Shown piece after piece: positions 20,712 through 31,697 of a stretch of DNA of 64,000 bases. The position numbers and the translations under genes were made by a program. The notes beneath the pieces were generated by a model that ran no database searches, was not told where the DNA came from, and was given only the letters and a program-made list of their open reading frames with translations. This stretch comes from Desulfobacterales bacterium (GTDB lineage: Bacteria; Desulfobacterota; Desulfobacteria; Desulfobacterales; UBA2174). The stretch lies in NCBI GenBank assembly GCA_963668645.2, contig CAXXWC010000010.1:256001-320000 (forward strand). The letters run 5' to 3'. The stretch's first letter is position 1. Every line of letters starts with the position of its first letter.

Positions 20712-21450
20712 CGATCACCTTGCGATTGGCAGCCACTTCCCTGGGGCTGCCGGCCCCGATCAGTTCCCCGAAATCGAGCACATAGACCTGATCGGAGATA
20801 TCCATCACCACGCCCAGGTCGTGTTCGACCAAAATCACGCTGATGCTGCGCTCCTTCAAAATGTCCATGATAAAGCGCACCATGTCTTCCTTCTCCTCGA
20901 TATTCATGCCGGCCATCGGTTCATCGAGAAGAAGCAGCTGGGGCCCCAGCGTCAAGGCCCGGGCGACCTCCACACGTTTTTGGATCCCGTAGCTGAGACT
21001 GCCCACCGGCCGCTTGCGGAACGGTTCGAGTTCCATGAAGTCGATCACATCCTCGACAAAGGCCCGGTTTTGGGCTTCGAGCCGCGAGGCTTTGCCCCAG
21101 TAGACCACAGCATGCAAGAAGCCGTAGGAAAGGTGGCGGTGGCGCGCGAGCATCAGGTTGTCGAGAACCGTCAGGCCGCTGAAAAGCTCCAGGTTTTGAA
21201 AGGCCCGGGCGATCCCCTTTTTGGTAACCTGATGGGGCGAGGCCCGGGTCAAACGTTCGCTCCCGTAACGGATCTCACCTTGGGTGGGATGATAGAAACC
21301 GGAGATGCAGTTCAGCAGGCTGGTCTTGCCCGCGCCGTTGGGACCGATCACCGAGGTGATCAGGCCCGGCTGAATCTGCATGTCCACTCCGGTCAGGGCG
21401 TTGAGACCTCCGAAGGTCAGGGTGACTTCCGAAATGGTCAGGGTATTCAT
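20689..21450 (-). CDS. Liv-type ABC transporter ATP-binding protein (LivG-like)
   Basis: FGGLNAL, GPNGAGKTS, LLDEPMAG, VEHD. Confidence 0.92.
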   Translation of the reverse strand: MNTLTISEVTLTFGGLNALTGVDMQIQPGLITSVIGPNGAGKTSLLNCISGFYHPTQGEIRYGSERLTRASPHQVTKKGIARAFQNLELFSGLTVLDNLMLARHRHLSYGFLHAVVYWGKASRLEAQNRAFVEDVIDFMELEPFRKRPVGSLSYGIQKRVEVARALTLGPQLLLLDEPMAGMNIEEKEDMVRFIMDILKERSISVILVEHDLGVVMDISDQVYVLDFGELIGAGSPREVAANRKVIDAYIGED

Positions 21451-21866
21451 GTCGTTATGGACCGTCCGCGCTTGCATGATGACAAGATTAATAAATAAAA
21501 TTCATTAACCAATTTTACGTAAAAAGATGAATATCAATGGTTTTTTAGGCGAGTCAAGGGAAAGGTTGGAAGCGCGGATTCATGCTGAGCCTTCCCTACT
21601 ATGTCTCGGACAGCTTAAAAATGACGCCCTCGGATTAAAAGGAATGATGCCCGCCGCCGCCTGCTGGCACCACTTGCAGCCCCGGCGAGATCTGCAAGAT
21701 CATGATCGGCCATGATTCCGGCCGGGTAGATCCGGTCAAGCGCCGGCTCGGCTCCTGGCCGCGGCCGATTCCGTCTGTCCCGGCCCGAATCCGGGCAAGG
21801 CGGCGTTCCAGAAGCAATACCGGCTCAGTGCTATGTTTGAAGTGGTTTTGCAGTGGGCAAATACCA

Positions 21867-23456
21867 CTATTTTTCGAACCCCATGAGACAGGTGGCCAAA
21901 TTGATCTTCTTGTTGGTCAGCCCCAGCTTGCGCCGGATGTTAAAGCGGTGGAACATGACGGTATTTTTGGACACGCACAACAGGGCGGCCATCTCCTGGT
22001 TGGTCTTGCCCGCGCGCACCAGATTGGCCACCCGGATTTCCATCGGCGTCAGGGCGTAGGCCTTGGAGCCCAGCCGCCCGATGAAGGGCGAAACGATATT
22101 GTTCAGGTTGGTTTCCACAATCCTGACCAGGGTGAGCTGATCGGTGTTCAGCCGGCTTTTTTTGAGCCGCTCCAGATAAGGAGCGACCAGTTCCTTGAGG
22201 TTGGCCAGAACGTTTTCCTGCAGTTCGGCGCGATCCGATTCACGCTGTTTGAGCAAGACCTTGAGGGCCGTATTGACTTCGGCCAGGTGGCGCGACTGGG
22301 CCTCCAGGTCCGCTTCGCGCCGCCGCAGAGCCTCTTCCACGGCCCGGCGTTCGTCCACTTCGCGCGCCAGCAGCCGGTTGCTGGCGGCCAGTTCGGCGGT
22401 CCGGTCCGCCACCCGCTGTTCCAGATCTTCCTGATATTCCCTGAGCTGGCGCGCGGCGCGTTTATGGGCGCTGATATCGCGCAAAATCACGATATTGCCC
22501 GCCGGATCGCCGTTTTCATTGTGGTAGAGCGTCGAGCTGATCTGCACGTCCAGGACCCGCCCGTCCTTGGTTCGCCGGCGGGTTTCAAACATCTGGATCG
22601 TCTCGCCGGCAAGCATGTTGCGGATCGCGGTTCGGGTCTCGGGCCAATTTTCTTGGGGGACGAAGTCGATGCGCCGGCCGATCAGTTCCTCTCTCGACCA
22701 TCCGAGGGTGCGGCCAAAGGCGGGGTTGATGTAGGTCGCGGCCCCGTTCATGTCGTAGACCACGATGGGATCGGGGGACGATTCCAGAAGGGACCGGTAG
22801 CGTTTTTCACTGTCTCGCACCACCGCCTCGGCCCGCTGCCGTTCTGCCAGCTCCCGCTTGAGATCTTCATAAAGCTTGGCCTTGTCCAGGGCGACCAGCG
22901 CCAGTTCGGCGAACCGCGACAGGACTTCCACATCCGTCGGGCCGAAGCGCTTTTGCGGGTCCAAAGCCGCCAATCCGATGACCCCCTGAACCTCCTGAGC
23001 GGATTTGAGCGGGATGCCGATCACCGAATGCAGGCCGTCGAAGGCTTTCCCGATCAAGCGAAAGGGCCAGCAGCGGTAATCCTCCACCAGAACCGGCGCA
23101 CCGGTAACCCAAACCTGCCCGCCCACGCCTTGGCCCGAGCGGACCGTCAAGCCGAGAAGACCGGTGAAAAGCCCCATGCCGACCTGCATCTGCAGCGTTT
23201 CCGAATCGGGCTGGCGCAAGTAGATATACCCGTGGCAGGACCCGGTCAGCCGGGCGGCGCGGTCCAGGATGGCTTCGAGCAGCGCACTGGCATCCAGCCG
23301 ATCGATCAACCCCAGGCTGGTCTCATGAAGGGCGGCCAGATAGGCATTTTGCCGTTGCAGGGCCGCAATTTCGGTCTGGCGCAAGTCGGGTTCCCGCTCC
23401 GAAGATTCCACGCTATTGCCAGATCCTGATGCCCCGTTGCCGGATCGTATCGACAT
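21867..23456 (-). CDS. GAF-PAS-LuxR HTH transcriptional regulator
   Basis: GAF (GQGVGGQVW), PAS (YRSLLESSPDPIVVYD), LuxR HTH LTPMEIRVANLV..GKTNQEMA..HRFNIRRKLG. Confidence 0.9.
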   Translation of the reverse strand: MSIRSGNGASGSGNSVESSEREPDLRQTEIAALQRQNAYLAALHETSLGLIDRLDASALLEAILDRAARLTGSCHGYIYLRQPDSETLQMQVGMGLFTGLLGLTVRSGQGVGGQVWVTGAPVLVEDYRCWPFRLIGKAFDGLHSVIGIPLKSAQEVQGVIGLAALDPQKRFGPTDVEVLSRFAELALVALDKAKLYEDLKRELAERQRAEAVVRDSEKRYRSLLESSPDPIVVYDMNGAATYINPAFGRTLGWSREELIGRRIDFVPQENWPETRTAIRNMLAGETIQMFETRRRTKDGRVLDVQISSTLYHNENGDPAGNIVILRDISAHKRAARQLREYQEDLEQRVADRTAELAASNRLLAREVDERRAVEEALRRREADLEAQSRHLAEVNTALKVLLKQRESDRAELQENVLANLKELVAPYLERLKKSRLNTDQLTLVRIVETNLNNIVSPFIGRLGSKAYALTPMEIRVANLVRAGKTNQEMAALLCVSKNTVMFHRFNIRRKLGLTNKKINLATCLMGFEK

Positions 23457-23568
23457 GGTGGTTCTCCATCTTGACCGAGGAATATGAAAACTGTATTTTC
23501 AATGAAATACGTTCAGATTGTAAAATTTAATTTACCCGCCTGCAACCCTTTCACCGACAGGAGGCACC

Positions 23569-25239
23569 ATGCCCAGCCCACCGATCATGGGATTTCCCGC
23601 CACCTCCCAGGACGAATACCAGCTCAACGTCATCAACATCTTGCGCCAAGCGGCCCGCACCTTCGGGCGCCAGCAGATCGTGGCTTACAGCCTGGGGGGA
23701 GTCAACCGAACCACATACCGGCAAACTTACAGCCGGGTGCAACGTCTGGCCAACGCACTCGAAAAACTCGGCGTAAAAACCGGGGATCGCATCGGGGTGA
23801 TGGACTGGAACTCGCTGCGCCATTTCGAGGCCTACTTCGGCGTGCCGGGCACCGGAGCGGTGCTGCTGCTGCTCAACATCCGCCTGGCGCCACCGGACCT
23901 GATCCATGTGATCAACCACGCGGGCGCCAAATTCATCTTGGTGGATGAAACCCTGCTCCCGTTGATCGCCGCCGTAGCCCCCAAGCTGGAAAGTGTCAAA
24001 GGATATGTGGTGATGACCGACAAGCCGCTGGCTGAAATCAAGACCGACCTGAGCCCCCTTTTCAGCTATGAGGACCTGCTGGGCGAGGCGCCCGAGAAGT
24101 ACAAATGGCCGGTCCTCGACGAACGCTCGGCCTACGGGGCCTGTTACACCACCGGCACCACGGGGCAGCCCAAGGGAGTCTACTACTCGCACCGCTGCGT
24201 ATTTCTGCACGCCATGACCATCGCCAGCAATGCCGAAATTTCCTACCGGGATTGTTTCTACCAGCTCGTGCCGATGTTCCATGCCCTGGGCTGGGGCATT
24301 CCCCACGCCAGTATCCTGGTGGGGGCCAAATACCTCCTGCCAGGGATGTACAACATCGCCGATCTGGGCAGCCTGGCCAAACCCCTGGTGGCCGAAAAGG
24401 TGACCGCCACCGCCGGGGCCCCGGCCCTGTTCATGCCGATGATCGAATATATCCGGGGGCTGGAGGAAAAACCGGACCTGCATGGCGCCCGATTCATTTC
24501 CGGGGCCAGCGAGCCTTCCCTGGCTTTGATGAAAAGCTATTATGAAATGACCGGCGCCGAGATCATCCACGCTTACGGAGCCACCGAAACCACCCCGCTG
24601 GTGACCATCAACAGGCTCAAGCCCTGGATGGAAAACGAACTGGACGAGGAGGCCAAGTGGGACATGAAACGCCGCCAAGGATATCCGGTGGTGGGCCTCG
24701 ACCTCAAGATAGTCGATGCATTCGGCAACAAGGTGGCCCAGGACGGCAAATCCGCCGGTGAAATCCTGATCCGCGGCCCCTGGATCACCGCCGGCTACTA
24801 CAACGCACCGGGCAGCGAGGCCCAGTTCACCGCAGACGGCTACTGGAAAAGCGGCGATGCCGGCACCATCGATGCAGAGGGCTACGTGAAGATCACAGAC
24901 CGGGTCAAGGACCTGATCAAGAGCGGCGGCGAGTGGATCTCGTCGGTGGACATGGAAAACGAGATCATGGCCCACCCCAAAGTTATGGAGGCCTCGGTAA
25001 CCGGGGTGGCCCATCCCAAGTGGGAGGAGCGGCCCGTGGCCGTGGTGGTGCCGCGCCCGGAGTTCAAGGATACTCTCGATGCCGAGGAGATTCGCGCCCA
25101 TCTGGCGCTGAAATTCGCCAAATGGCAGTTGCCCGAGGCGGTCCTTTTCGTTTCCGAAATTCCCAAGACCAGCGTGGGCAAGTTCAACAAGAAGGCGATC
25201 CGCGAGACATACAAGGACATCTATCAAAAGGCCGATTAG
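23569..25239 (+). CDS. Fatty acid-CoA ligase (AlkK-like)
   Basis: YTTGTTGQPKGV.YSHR, VPMFH..WG, KDLIKSGGEWISSVDME. Confidence 0.92.
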   Translation: MPSPPIMGFPATSQDEYQLNVINILRQAARTFGRQQIVAYSLGGVNRTTYRQTYSRVQRLANALEKLGVKTGDRIGVMDWNSLRHFEAYFGVPGTGAVLLLLNIRLAPPDLIHVINHAGAKFILVDETLLPLIAAVAPKLESVKGYVVMTDKPLAEIKTDLSPLFSYEDLLGEAPEKYKWPVLDERSAYGACYTTGTTGQPKGVYYSHRCVFLHAMTIASNAEISYRDCFYQLVPMFHALGWGIPHASILVGAKYLLPGMYNIADLGSLAKPLVAEKVTATAGAPALFMPMIEYIRGLEEKPDLHGARFISGASEPSLALMKSYYEMTGAEIIHAYGATETTPLVTINRLKPWMENELDEEAKWDMKRRQGYPVVGLDLKIVDAFGNKVAQDGKSAGEILIRGPWITAGYYNAPGSEAQFTADGYWKSGDAGTIDAEGYVKITDRVKDLIKSGGEWISSVDMENEIMAHPKVMEASVTGVAHPKWEERPVAVVVPRPEFKDTLDAEEIRAHLALKFAKWQLPEAVLFVSEIPKTSVGKFNKKAIRETYKDIYQKAD

Positions 25240-25263
25240 GGCCGGTGCGCCATCTTCATCCGG

Positions 25264-25926
25264 CTATGCGCCGGACTTTTCCAGTGCCGCCTTGACCGCC
25301 GCCACCACCTGCTGCGGATCGTCGAGCACCTGAACGATGTCCAGGTCGGTGGCCCCGATCATACCGCCGGCCAGCAGCCGCTGGCGGATCCAATCCACCA
25401 GGCCGCCCCAGTAGTCGCTGCCCACCAGGATGACCGGCAGCGGCCTGATGCGGTGGGTCTGGATCAAGGTGACGGCCTCGAACAGTTCGTCCAGGGTGCC
25501 GAAGCCCCCCGGCATGGCGATGTAGGCCGAAGCGTACTTGACGAACATCACCTTGCGCACGAAGAAATACTTGAACTCCAGGCGCAGGCTGGCGTACCGG
25601 TTGGGCACCTGTTCATGGGGCAGGCGGATGTTGAGCCCCACCGATTGGCCGCCGGCCGCCGCCGCTCCGCGGTTGGCGGCTTCCATCACCCCGCCGCCGC
25701 CGCCGGTGATCACGGCAAACCCCTCTTCGGCAAACAGGCCGGCGAGCAGTTCGGCCTTCTGGTAAACCGGATCCTGCTCCGAGATCCGCGCCGAACCGAA
25801 GATGCTGACCGCCGGTCCCAGGTCGTGCAGCGCCTCTACCCCGTCTACGAATTCGCCGATAATGCGAAACAGTCGCCAGGATTCTCCCAGTTTGAAGTCG
25901 TCGATCAGAAACTGCTTTTCGGCCAT
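25264..25926 (-). CDS. LOG-family nucleotide phosphoribohydrolase
   Basis: FGSAR, TGGGGGVMEA, YFFVRKVMF, PGGFGTLDE. Confidence 0.9.
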   Translation of the reverse strand: MAEKQFLIDDFKLGESWRLFRIIGEFVDGVEALHDLGPAVSIFGSARISEQDPVYQKAELLAGLFAEEGFAVITGGGGGVMEAANRGAAAAGGQSVGLNIRLPHEQVPNRYASLRLEFKYFFVRKVMFVKYASAYIAMPGGFGTLDELFEAVTLIQTHRIRPLPVILVGSDYWGGLVDWIRQRLLAGGMIGATDLDIVQVLDDPQQVVAAVKAALEKSGA

Positions 25927-26204
25927 GCACACTCCTTCCGGCCCGCCGGGGCGGTGGATCTTCCTTAATTGACAATTGGCGCAAAATGGTGCTGGCGCAA
26001 TTTGCCGGGCCACACCTGAATTTGACAATCTCCGGATGTCTTGATAGATGGTCCAGAATTTGCATTTTGTCGTTGGCTAGCAGCGCCGGCTGCCGGTAAC
26101 GATCATCCGGTTGCCGGACCGGCGCCGCTGCAACGGCCGACATCACCGCCGGCCCCGGGGCCGGCGTTTGAATTGATCAGATCCAGGCCGCAGGTTAATA
26201 TGCC

Positions 26205-26495
26205 ATGGATGACCTGAGCTGTACACTGCCTATCGTCAACGTGCTGGGGCTTCACGCCCGCGCGGCGGCCCTGCTGGCGGCCGTTGCCCAAAAGGCGGCA
26301 GGAGCGGTGTGGTTAAGAAGCGGCCCCGATCGGGCCGACGCCACCAGCATCATTGATGTGCTGGCCCTGGCCTGTCCCAAAGGCAGCATGGTGACCCTTG
26401 AAATAGACAACCCTGTGGACCGGCCGATTCTGGAGCGCATGGTTCAGATGGTTCGAGACGGTTTCGGAGAAATGAACGGCAATGGCCTTGAGTGA
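26205..26495 (+). CDS. ptsH: PTS phosphocarrier HPr
   Basis: N.LGLHARAAA with the active His, DATSII Ser46-like site, adjacent to enzyme I. Confidence 0.85.
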   Translation: MDDLSCTLPIVNVLGLHARAAALLAAVAQKAAGAVWLRSGPDRADATSIIDVLALACPKGSMVTLEIDNPVDRPILERMVQMVRDGFGEMNGNGLE

Positions 26496-28284
26496 ATCGA
26501 TCACTGAACAGAGGATAATCGGCATCGGTGCATCGCCGGGAATCTGCATCGGCAAGGCCTACCTGGTGGAAAGAGAGGGGGTGCGGGTTATCCCGCAGTA
26601 CGAAATCCACAGCCGCGACGTGCCGGCCGAGACATCCCGCTTCAAGGCGGCGGTCAAGAAGGCCAGCGACGAAATCGCGGCGGTCATCGCCGGCACCCCG
26701 GATGAACTGCGGGGCAACAGCAACATCCTGGAAGCCCATAAGGCCCTGATGAAAGACAAGATGCTCTACGGCAAGGTGCTGAGCGTGATCGAGGCGGACC
26801 GCATCAACGCCGAGTGGGCCCTCAAACGGATATCCACCGAAATCGCGGCCATGTTCGCCCAGATGACCGATCCCTACTTCCGGGAACGGGCCGAAGACGT
26901 CAACCACGTGACCGACCGCATCATGCGCAACCTAACCGGGGGCCGCAACCGGAGCATTGCCGCCATCGACAAGCGCGTCATTCTGGTGGCCAGGGACCTT
27001 TCACCGGCTGACACCAGCCAGATCCAACTCGAACGGGTCAAGGGCTTTATCACCGACAAGGGAGGACGCGCCTCGCATACCAGCATCATCGCCCGCACCC
27101 TGGAGATCCCGGCCGTACTGGGCCTGCACAACGCCACCCAGTCCATCCACAACGACGACATTGTCATCGTCGACGGCACCAGCGGGGTCGTGATCGTTCA
27201 CCCTTCAGAAAAGACCCTTCTGACCTACGAAGAGCGCCGGGCGCGCTACGAGAGTTACCGCGCCCAGATCCGGCGCCGCAGCCATCTGCCGGCGCGTACC
27301 CGCGACGGGCTCTCCGTCCACGTTCTAGGCAACATCGAGCTGCCCGAGGAGGTCGTTTCGGTTCTCGATCACGGGGGCGACGGAATCGGTTTGTACCGCA
27401 CCGAATTCCAGTACATGAACCGGATCGATTTCCCGAGCGAATTCGAGCTGTACGACAGGTATCGAGACTTGGTGGAAGTCATGGGCCAGCGCCCGGTGAC
27501 CATCCGCACCCTGGACATCAACGGCGACAAGGCCGTAACCCTGGAGCCGGAGCGCTCGGAAACCAACCCGGCCCTGGGACTGCGCGCCATCCGCTACTGC
27601 CTTAAAAAACCGGAGATCTTCAAGCCGCAATTGCGCGCCATCCTGCGCGCCGCAGCCCACGGTCAGGTGCGCATCCTCTTTCCCATGATCAGCAGCCTGG
27701 AGGAGATCCAGGCTGCCTGCCGCCTCCTGGACGAGGCCGCCCTGGAACTGGCCCGCGAAAAGGTGGTCCACAAACGCGAAATCCCGGTGGGGATGATGGT
27801 CGAAGTGCCATCGGCGGTGATCCTGGCCGACGTGATGGCTCGGGAAGTCGACTTTTTTTCCATCGGCACCAACGATTTGATCCAGTACACCATGGCCATC
27901 GACCGGGGCAACCAGGATGTGGCCCACCTGTTTCACCCCCTGCACCCGGCCTTGATCCGGATGGTGCGGCACGTGGCCCGGGTGGCACACCAGCATGGCA
28001 TCGAAGTCCACATGTGCGGGGAGATGGCGGCCGATCCGCTTCATGTGCCGCTTCTTCTCGGGCTGGGCATGAACGAGTTGAGCATGGCACCGGCCTCGAT
28101 CCCGGCCATCAAGCGCATGATCCGCCTGGTCAGCGCGGCCGACGGCCAGGCCCTGGTCCAGGACGCCCTTGGATTGAACAAGGTCCGTGACATGGTGGCC
28201 ATGATGGACGAGGCCTACGGTCAACTCGTAGCCCAGAAGGTATACGGGGATATGGGGCAGGACCGGGAAAAGAGCGATCAATGA
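26482..28284 (+). CDS. ptsI: PEP-protein phosphotransferase (enzyme I)
   Basis: GGRASHTSIIAR, GIGLYRTEF, DFFSIGTNDLIQY, MCGE. Confidence 0.95.
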   Translation: MALSESITEQRIIGIGASPGICIGKAYLVEREGVRVIPQYEIHSRDVPAETSRFKAAVKKASDEIAAVIAGTPDELRGNSNILEAHKALMKDKMLYGKVLSVIEADRINAEWALKRISTEIAAMFAQMTDPYFRERAEDVNHVTDRIMRNLTGGRNRSIAAIDKRVILVARDLSPADTSQIQLERVKGFITDKGGRASHTSIIARTLEIPAVLGLHNATQSIHNDDIVIVDGTSGVVIVHPSEKTLLTYEERRARYESYRAQIRRRSHLPARTRDGLSVHVLGNIELPEEVVSVLDHGGDGIGLYRTEFQYMNRIDFPSEFELYDRYRDLVEVMGQRPVTIRTLDINGDKAVTLEPERSETNPALGLRAIRYCLKKPEIFKPQLRAILRAAAHGQVRILFPMISSLEEIQAACRLLDEAALELAREKVVHKREIPVGMMVEVPSAVILADVMAREVDFFSIGTNDLIQYTMAIDRGNQDVAHLFHPLHPALIRMVRHVARVAHQHGIEVHMCGEMAADPLHVPLLLGLGMNELSMAPASIPAIKRMIRLVSAADGQALVQDALGLNKVRDMVAMMDEAYGQLVAQKVYGDMGQDREKSDQ

Positions 28285-28751
28285 ATCCGTCCAGCCAGCC
28301 GCACATCAAGCAGATCGCTGAAAACCGCAAGGCCCGGCACGAATATTTCATCGTGGACACCTATGAGGCCGGGCTGGTGTTGGTGGGCACGGAAGTCAAG
28401 GCCCTGCGCGAAGGGCGGGCCAACCTCAAGGACGCTTACGCCAGGGTGAAAAAGGGGGAGCTGTGGGTTTACCAGTTGCACATCAGCCCCTATTCCCACG
28501 CCTCGTATGACAATCACGATCCGCTGCGGCCGCGCAAACTGCTCCTGCACCGCGATGAGATCAAGCGCCTGATGGGCAAGGTCAACGAGGCCGGCCATAC
28601 CCTGGTGCCGCTGAGGCTCTACTTCAAGGCAGGCAAGGTCAAACTGCTCCTGGCTCTGGCCAAGGGCAAACGCCAGTACGACAAGCGCGAGTCCATCCGG
28701 CGGCGCGACGCCCAGCGCGACCTTGACCGGGTGCGCAAGACCTACCGCTAA
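28281..28751 (+). CDS. smpB: SsrA-binding protein
   Basis: NRKARHEY, EAGLVL.GTEVK, RKLLLH, AKGKRQYDKRE. Confidence 0.97.
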   Translation: MNPSSQPHIKQIAENRKARHEYFIVDTYEAGLVLVGTEVKALREGRANLKDAYARVKKGELWVYQLHISPYSHASYDNHDPLRPRKLLLHRDEIKRLMGKVNEAGHTLVPLRLYFKAGKVKLLLALAKGKRQYDKRESIRRRDAQRDLDRVRKTYR

Positions 28752-29146
28752 ACGCAGGTGCGCGCTGCGGCGGCCTGCCGGATCTTTTCCACCAGCAGGT
28801 CGAAATCGTAAGGCTTGGTCAGGTAGTCGCAGGCCCCGCCTTCCATCCCGTGCTGGGTGGCATCCTCGGAGCCATGTCCGGTGAGCATGATCACCGGCAG
28901 GTCCGGATCGATGATCTTGATGATCTTGAGCACCTCGAGCCCGTCCATGTCGACCATCTTCAGGTCCAGCACCACGACCTCGTAAGAATTGTGCCGCAGC
29001 AGCTGGAGCCCCTCCTTGCCGCTGTAAGCCTTGGTGGGCAGGATCCCGCGCAGCGCCAGGCGCTTGGCCAGCACATCGAGAAAGACCTTCTCGTCGTCGA
29101 TGAGCAACAATCGAATCGCGCCGTCGTGGATCACTTCCCCGGCCAT
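28748..29146 (-). CDS. Single-domain response regulator
   Basis: LIDDE, VLDLKM, LTGHGS, YLTKP. AAGGAG precedes ATG 29146. Confidence 0.9.
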   Translation of the reverse strand: MAGEVIHDGAIRLLLIDDEKVFLDVLAKRLALRGILPTKAYSGKEGLQLLRHNSYEVVVLDLKMVDMDGLEVLKIIKIIDPDLPVIMLTGHGSEDATQHGMEGGACDYLTKPYDFDLLVEKIRQAAAARTCV

Positions 29147-29219
29147 GGCCGCTCCTTTTTCACGCATGGGTCGTTTAAACGGGCGCCGAGCCCCGTTTCC
29201 GGACCGTCCCCCGGTCCGC

Positions 29220-29651
29220 TCAGGCCCGGCGGGCGGTAATCTCCTTGATACGGGCCTGGATGATCTTTTCCTCCTGGCTGCGCTTGAGGGCCGCCGCCTC
29301 CGCCACCTTGGACTGGAGCAGGTCGATATCGCAAGGTTTCATCAGGTAATCGAAGGCCCCCTGTTTCATCCCCTCGATCCCCGATTCCACCGTGGCATGC
29401 CCGGTGAGCATGATCACCTGGACCAGGGGGAACCGGCGCCGGATTTCGGCCAGGGCCTGCATCCCGTCCATGCCGGGCATCTTGATGTCCAGGATCGCCA
29501 CCTCGATGGAAGGATCCGCCTCGAGCTTCTCCAGCGCTTCGGGTCCGCTGTGGGCCGATAGCATCTTCAAGTCGCGTTTGGTCAGGCGCCGGATCATGGC
29601 ATCGACAAAAGGGACCTCATCGTCCACGAGCAATACCGTTGCGATGGTCAT
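29220..29651 (-). CDS. Single-domain response regulator
   Basis: LVDDE, ILDIKMPGMDG, LTGHA, YLMKP. Confidence 0.92.
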   Translation of the reverse strand: MTIATVLLVDDEVPFVDAMIRRLTKRDLKMLSAHSGPEALEKLEADPSIEVAILDIKMPGMDGMQALAEIRRRFPLVQVIMLTGHATVESGIEGMKQGAFDYLMKPCDIDLLQSKVAEAAALKRSQEEKIIQARIKEITARRA

Positions 29652-29715
29652 TGAACTTCCTCCTCTGAGTTGGCGCCGCGCCGGGCTGCCCAACGCGGCC
29701 AAACGGGTTTCAGAA

Positions 29716-31413
29716 TCATGTCGCCGCGGGCGCTTCCACCGGCAGGCGGACCAGGAAGGTGGTCCCCTTGCCGATCTCGCTGATCACTTCGATTTCGCCG
29801 CCCATCTTCTTGACAATGCCGTAGCAGATGGACAGACCGAGCCCGGTCCCTTGTCCGACCGGCTTGGTGGTAAAGAACGGATCGAAGATCCGGTCGATGA
29901 CCGCCTTGGGGATCCCCGGGCCGGTATCGTTGACCGATATGACGATCTGACTGTTTTGCAAAGCGCTGGAAACCGTCAGCTGCCCCCCCTCTTTTTCCAT
30001 GACGAAAAGGGCGTTGTTGACCAGATTGAGCAGCACCTGGTGCATTTCGGTCTCCGAACCGAACACCGCCGGCAACTCCGGCTCCAGCCGGGTTTCAACG
30101 GCGACGTTAGCGTACTTGGCCCGCTGGGCCACCAGGTTGCCCACATCCTCGATGACCCGGTTCAGATCGAGCTTCTGATTCGTCCCCTCGGAGCCTCGGG
30201 CGAAACTGAGCAGTTTGCGGGTAATCTCCTTGCAGCGCTTGCCCTGGGTGTTGATCTGCTTCAGGGCGCGGCGGATCTCGGTCTGCTGCGCTTCATCCTC
30301 CAGGTGGCCGTCGCCCATCAGGTCTTCGATCCATCCGGCCTCCTCGATCATCACGGCCACCGGATTGTTGATCTCGTGGGCTACCCCGGCGGCCAGCTCG
30401 CCAAGGCTGGCCAGCTTGCCACTCTCGATCACCTGGCGGCTCATGCTCTCCTTTTCCCGGTCGGCCACCGCAATCCGGTCCACCATGCGCCGGGAAAGCA
30501 CCAGGGCCATGGCCACGATGGAGACCCCACCCAAAAGGAAAAAAAGCAGCGAGATGCGTTCGGCCCGCCGCAGCTCACGGAAGGCATCGGCCGTGTGCTG
30601 CCGGTAGACCAGAAGCCAGTTGCGGTCCTTGAGCAGTCCGGTCACGTAGATGCTCTCGATGCCCGCCTCGTCGGGCCGCACGGCGACGTGGATCTTGCGC
30701 GTCATGTCTTCGTCGCAGGTCAGAAAACCACCGAAACACCCCTGCCCGGTGTGCAGCGCCATATGCGGGGTGGTCTGGAATTCGCCGGCCCGGTTGACGA
30801 TAAAGGCGAACCCGCTGGTGCCGATGCGGATCCCTTCGACCAAGTTGTTGAAAGCCACAAAATCGATGGTGGCCCGCAGGATCCAGACCCGGCCGTCCAT
30901 GTTCTGGCGCGTGGCGACGATAAAGTGGGGCAGGCCGCGAAGGCCGAGGAAGACATCGCTGATCACCGTCTGATCCTTCATCGCCTGGCCGAACCATTGG
31001 GCCTCGGCATAGTGGGCCTTGCCCAGGCTGAAGGGGCCGGCATAGGAAACCTGGTGTCCCTCGGCGTTGATCACCCCCAAATCGACGAAGGTCGGCCCGA
31101 AGCTCTGTTGCAGGAGCATCAACTGGCGCTGGAGAAAAGCCTCGTCCGAAAGCTGGACGTATCCGAAGCTATCGGCCAGAAACCTGACATCGGCCAGGCG
31201 GGCCTGCAGATAGGCATCGATCTGCTGCTTGTGCTTGCGCACCAGCTCCACCAGATGGTCCCCGACCTTTTCGCGGTAAGAGTGGCGAAACTGCAGGTAA
31301 ATCGTTGCGCTGACGAGAAATACGGGCACAAAAGAGACGATGATGATCGTCAGCAGCATCTTGTGCACAAGCGGCCGATAGGGCGGGGGCAGGCTGGAGG
31401 ACTCCGGTTTCAT
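29716..31413 (-). CDS. Cache-domain sensor histidine kinase
   Basis: Two TM segments, [10 protein letters not shown]-box, NLVNNA, DTGPGI, FFTTK, GTGLGL. Confidence 0.92.
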   Translation of the reverse strand: MKPESSSLPPPYRPLVHKMLLTIIIVSFVPVFLVSATIYLQFRHSYREKVGDHLVELVRKHKQQIDAYLQARLADVRFLADSFGYVQLSDEAFLQRQLMLLQQSFGPTFVDLGVINAEGHQVSYAGPFSLGKAHYAEAQWFGQAMKDQTVISDVFLGLRGLPHFIVATRQNMDGRVWILRATIDFVAFNNLVEGIRIGTSGFAFIVNRAGEFQTTPHMALHTGQGCFGGFLTCDEDMTRKIHVAVRPDEAGIESIYVTGLLKDRNWLLVYRQHTADAFRELRRAERISLLFFLLGGVSIVAMALVLSRRMVDRIAVADREKESMSRQVIESGKLASLGELAAGVAHEINNPVAVMIEEAGWIEDLMGDGHLEDEAQQTEIRRALKQINTQGKRCKEITRKLLSFARGSEGTNQKLDLNRVIEDVGNLVAQRAKYANVAVETRLEPELPAVFGSETEMHQVLLNLVNNALFVMEKEGGQLTVSSALQNSQIVISVNDTGPGIPKAVIDRIFDPFFTTKPVGQGTGLGLSICYGIVKKMGGEIEVISEIGKGTTFLVRLPVEAPAAT

Positions 31414-31681
31414 CACGGTTGCGCCTCCTGGTAAAATCGGGGGCCCTTGTCCGGTTTTGCGGCCGGATCGGGCCGCCCCGGACCGGTGGACGGTGTCAGT
31501 TTTCTTTCCACGGCGTAAACCCTGTCTGCAAGAAAGCTGCTTGAATCTGGCCGGCGCGCGCCGGCCGCATCCCGGCCGACCGCCCTGCCGTCCCCTCACC
31601 TCGAAGAATCAGAAAGCACCGCCATCCCTTTGAGCCATCCCCGGGGCGTAAAAACGGTCCGGGAGACTTGGCCCTTAGCCA

Positions 31682-31697
31682 AGCAACCGCTGTGCCA
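31682..31697 (-). promoter_or_regulatory. sigma54 -24/-12 promoter
   Basis: Minus strand TGGCACAGCGGTTGCT matches TGGCAC-N5-TTGC and points toward the kinase operon. Confidence 0.75.

Noticed and set aside
25996..26012. sigma54-like site TGGCCCGGCAAATTGCG upstream of the LOG gene
   Set aside because: GG-to-GC spacing is one base too long.
26205..26495. HPr motif GLHARAA rather than GLHARPA
   Set aside because: A common variant in proteobacterial HPr/NPr proteins.
28281..28800. Possible tmRNA or integration site beside smpB
   Set aside because: The smpB stop overlaps the next convergent gene. There is no room for ssrA and no integrase.
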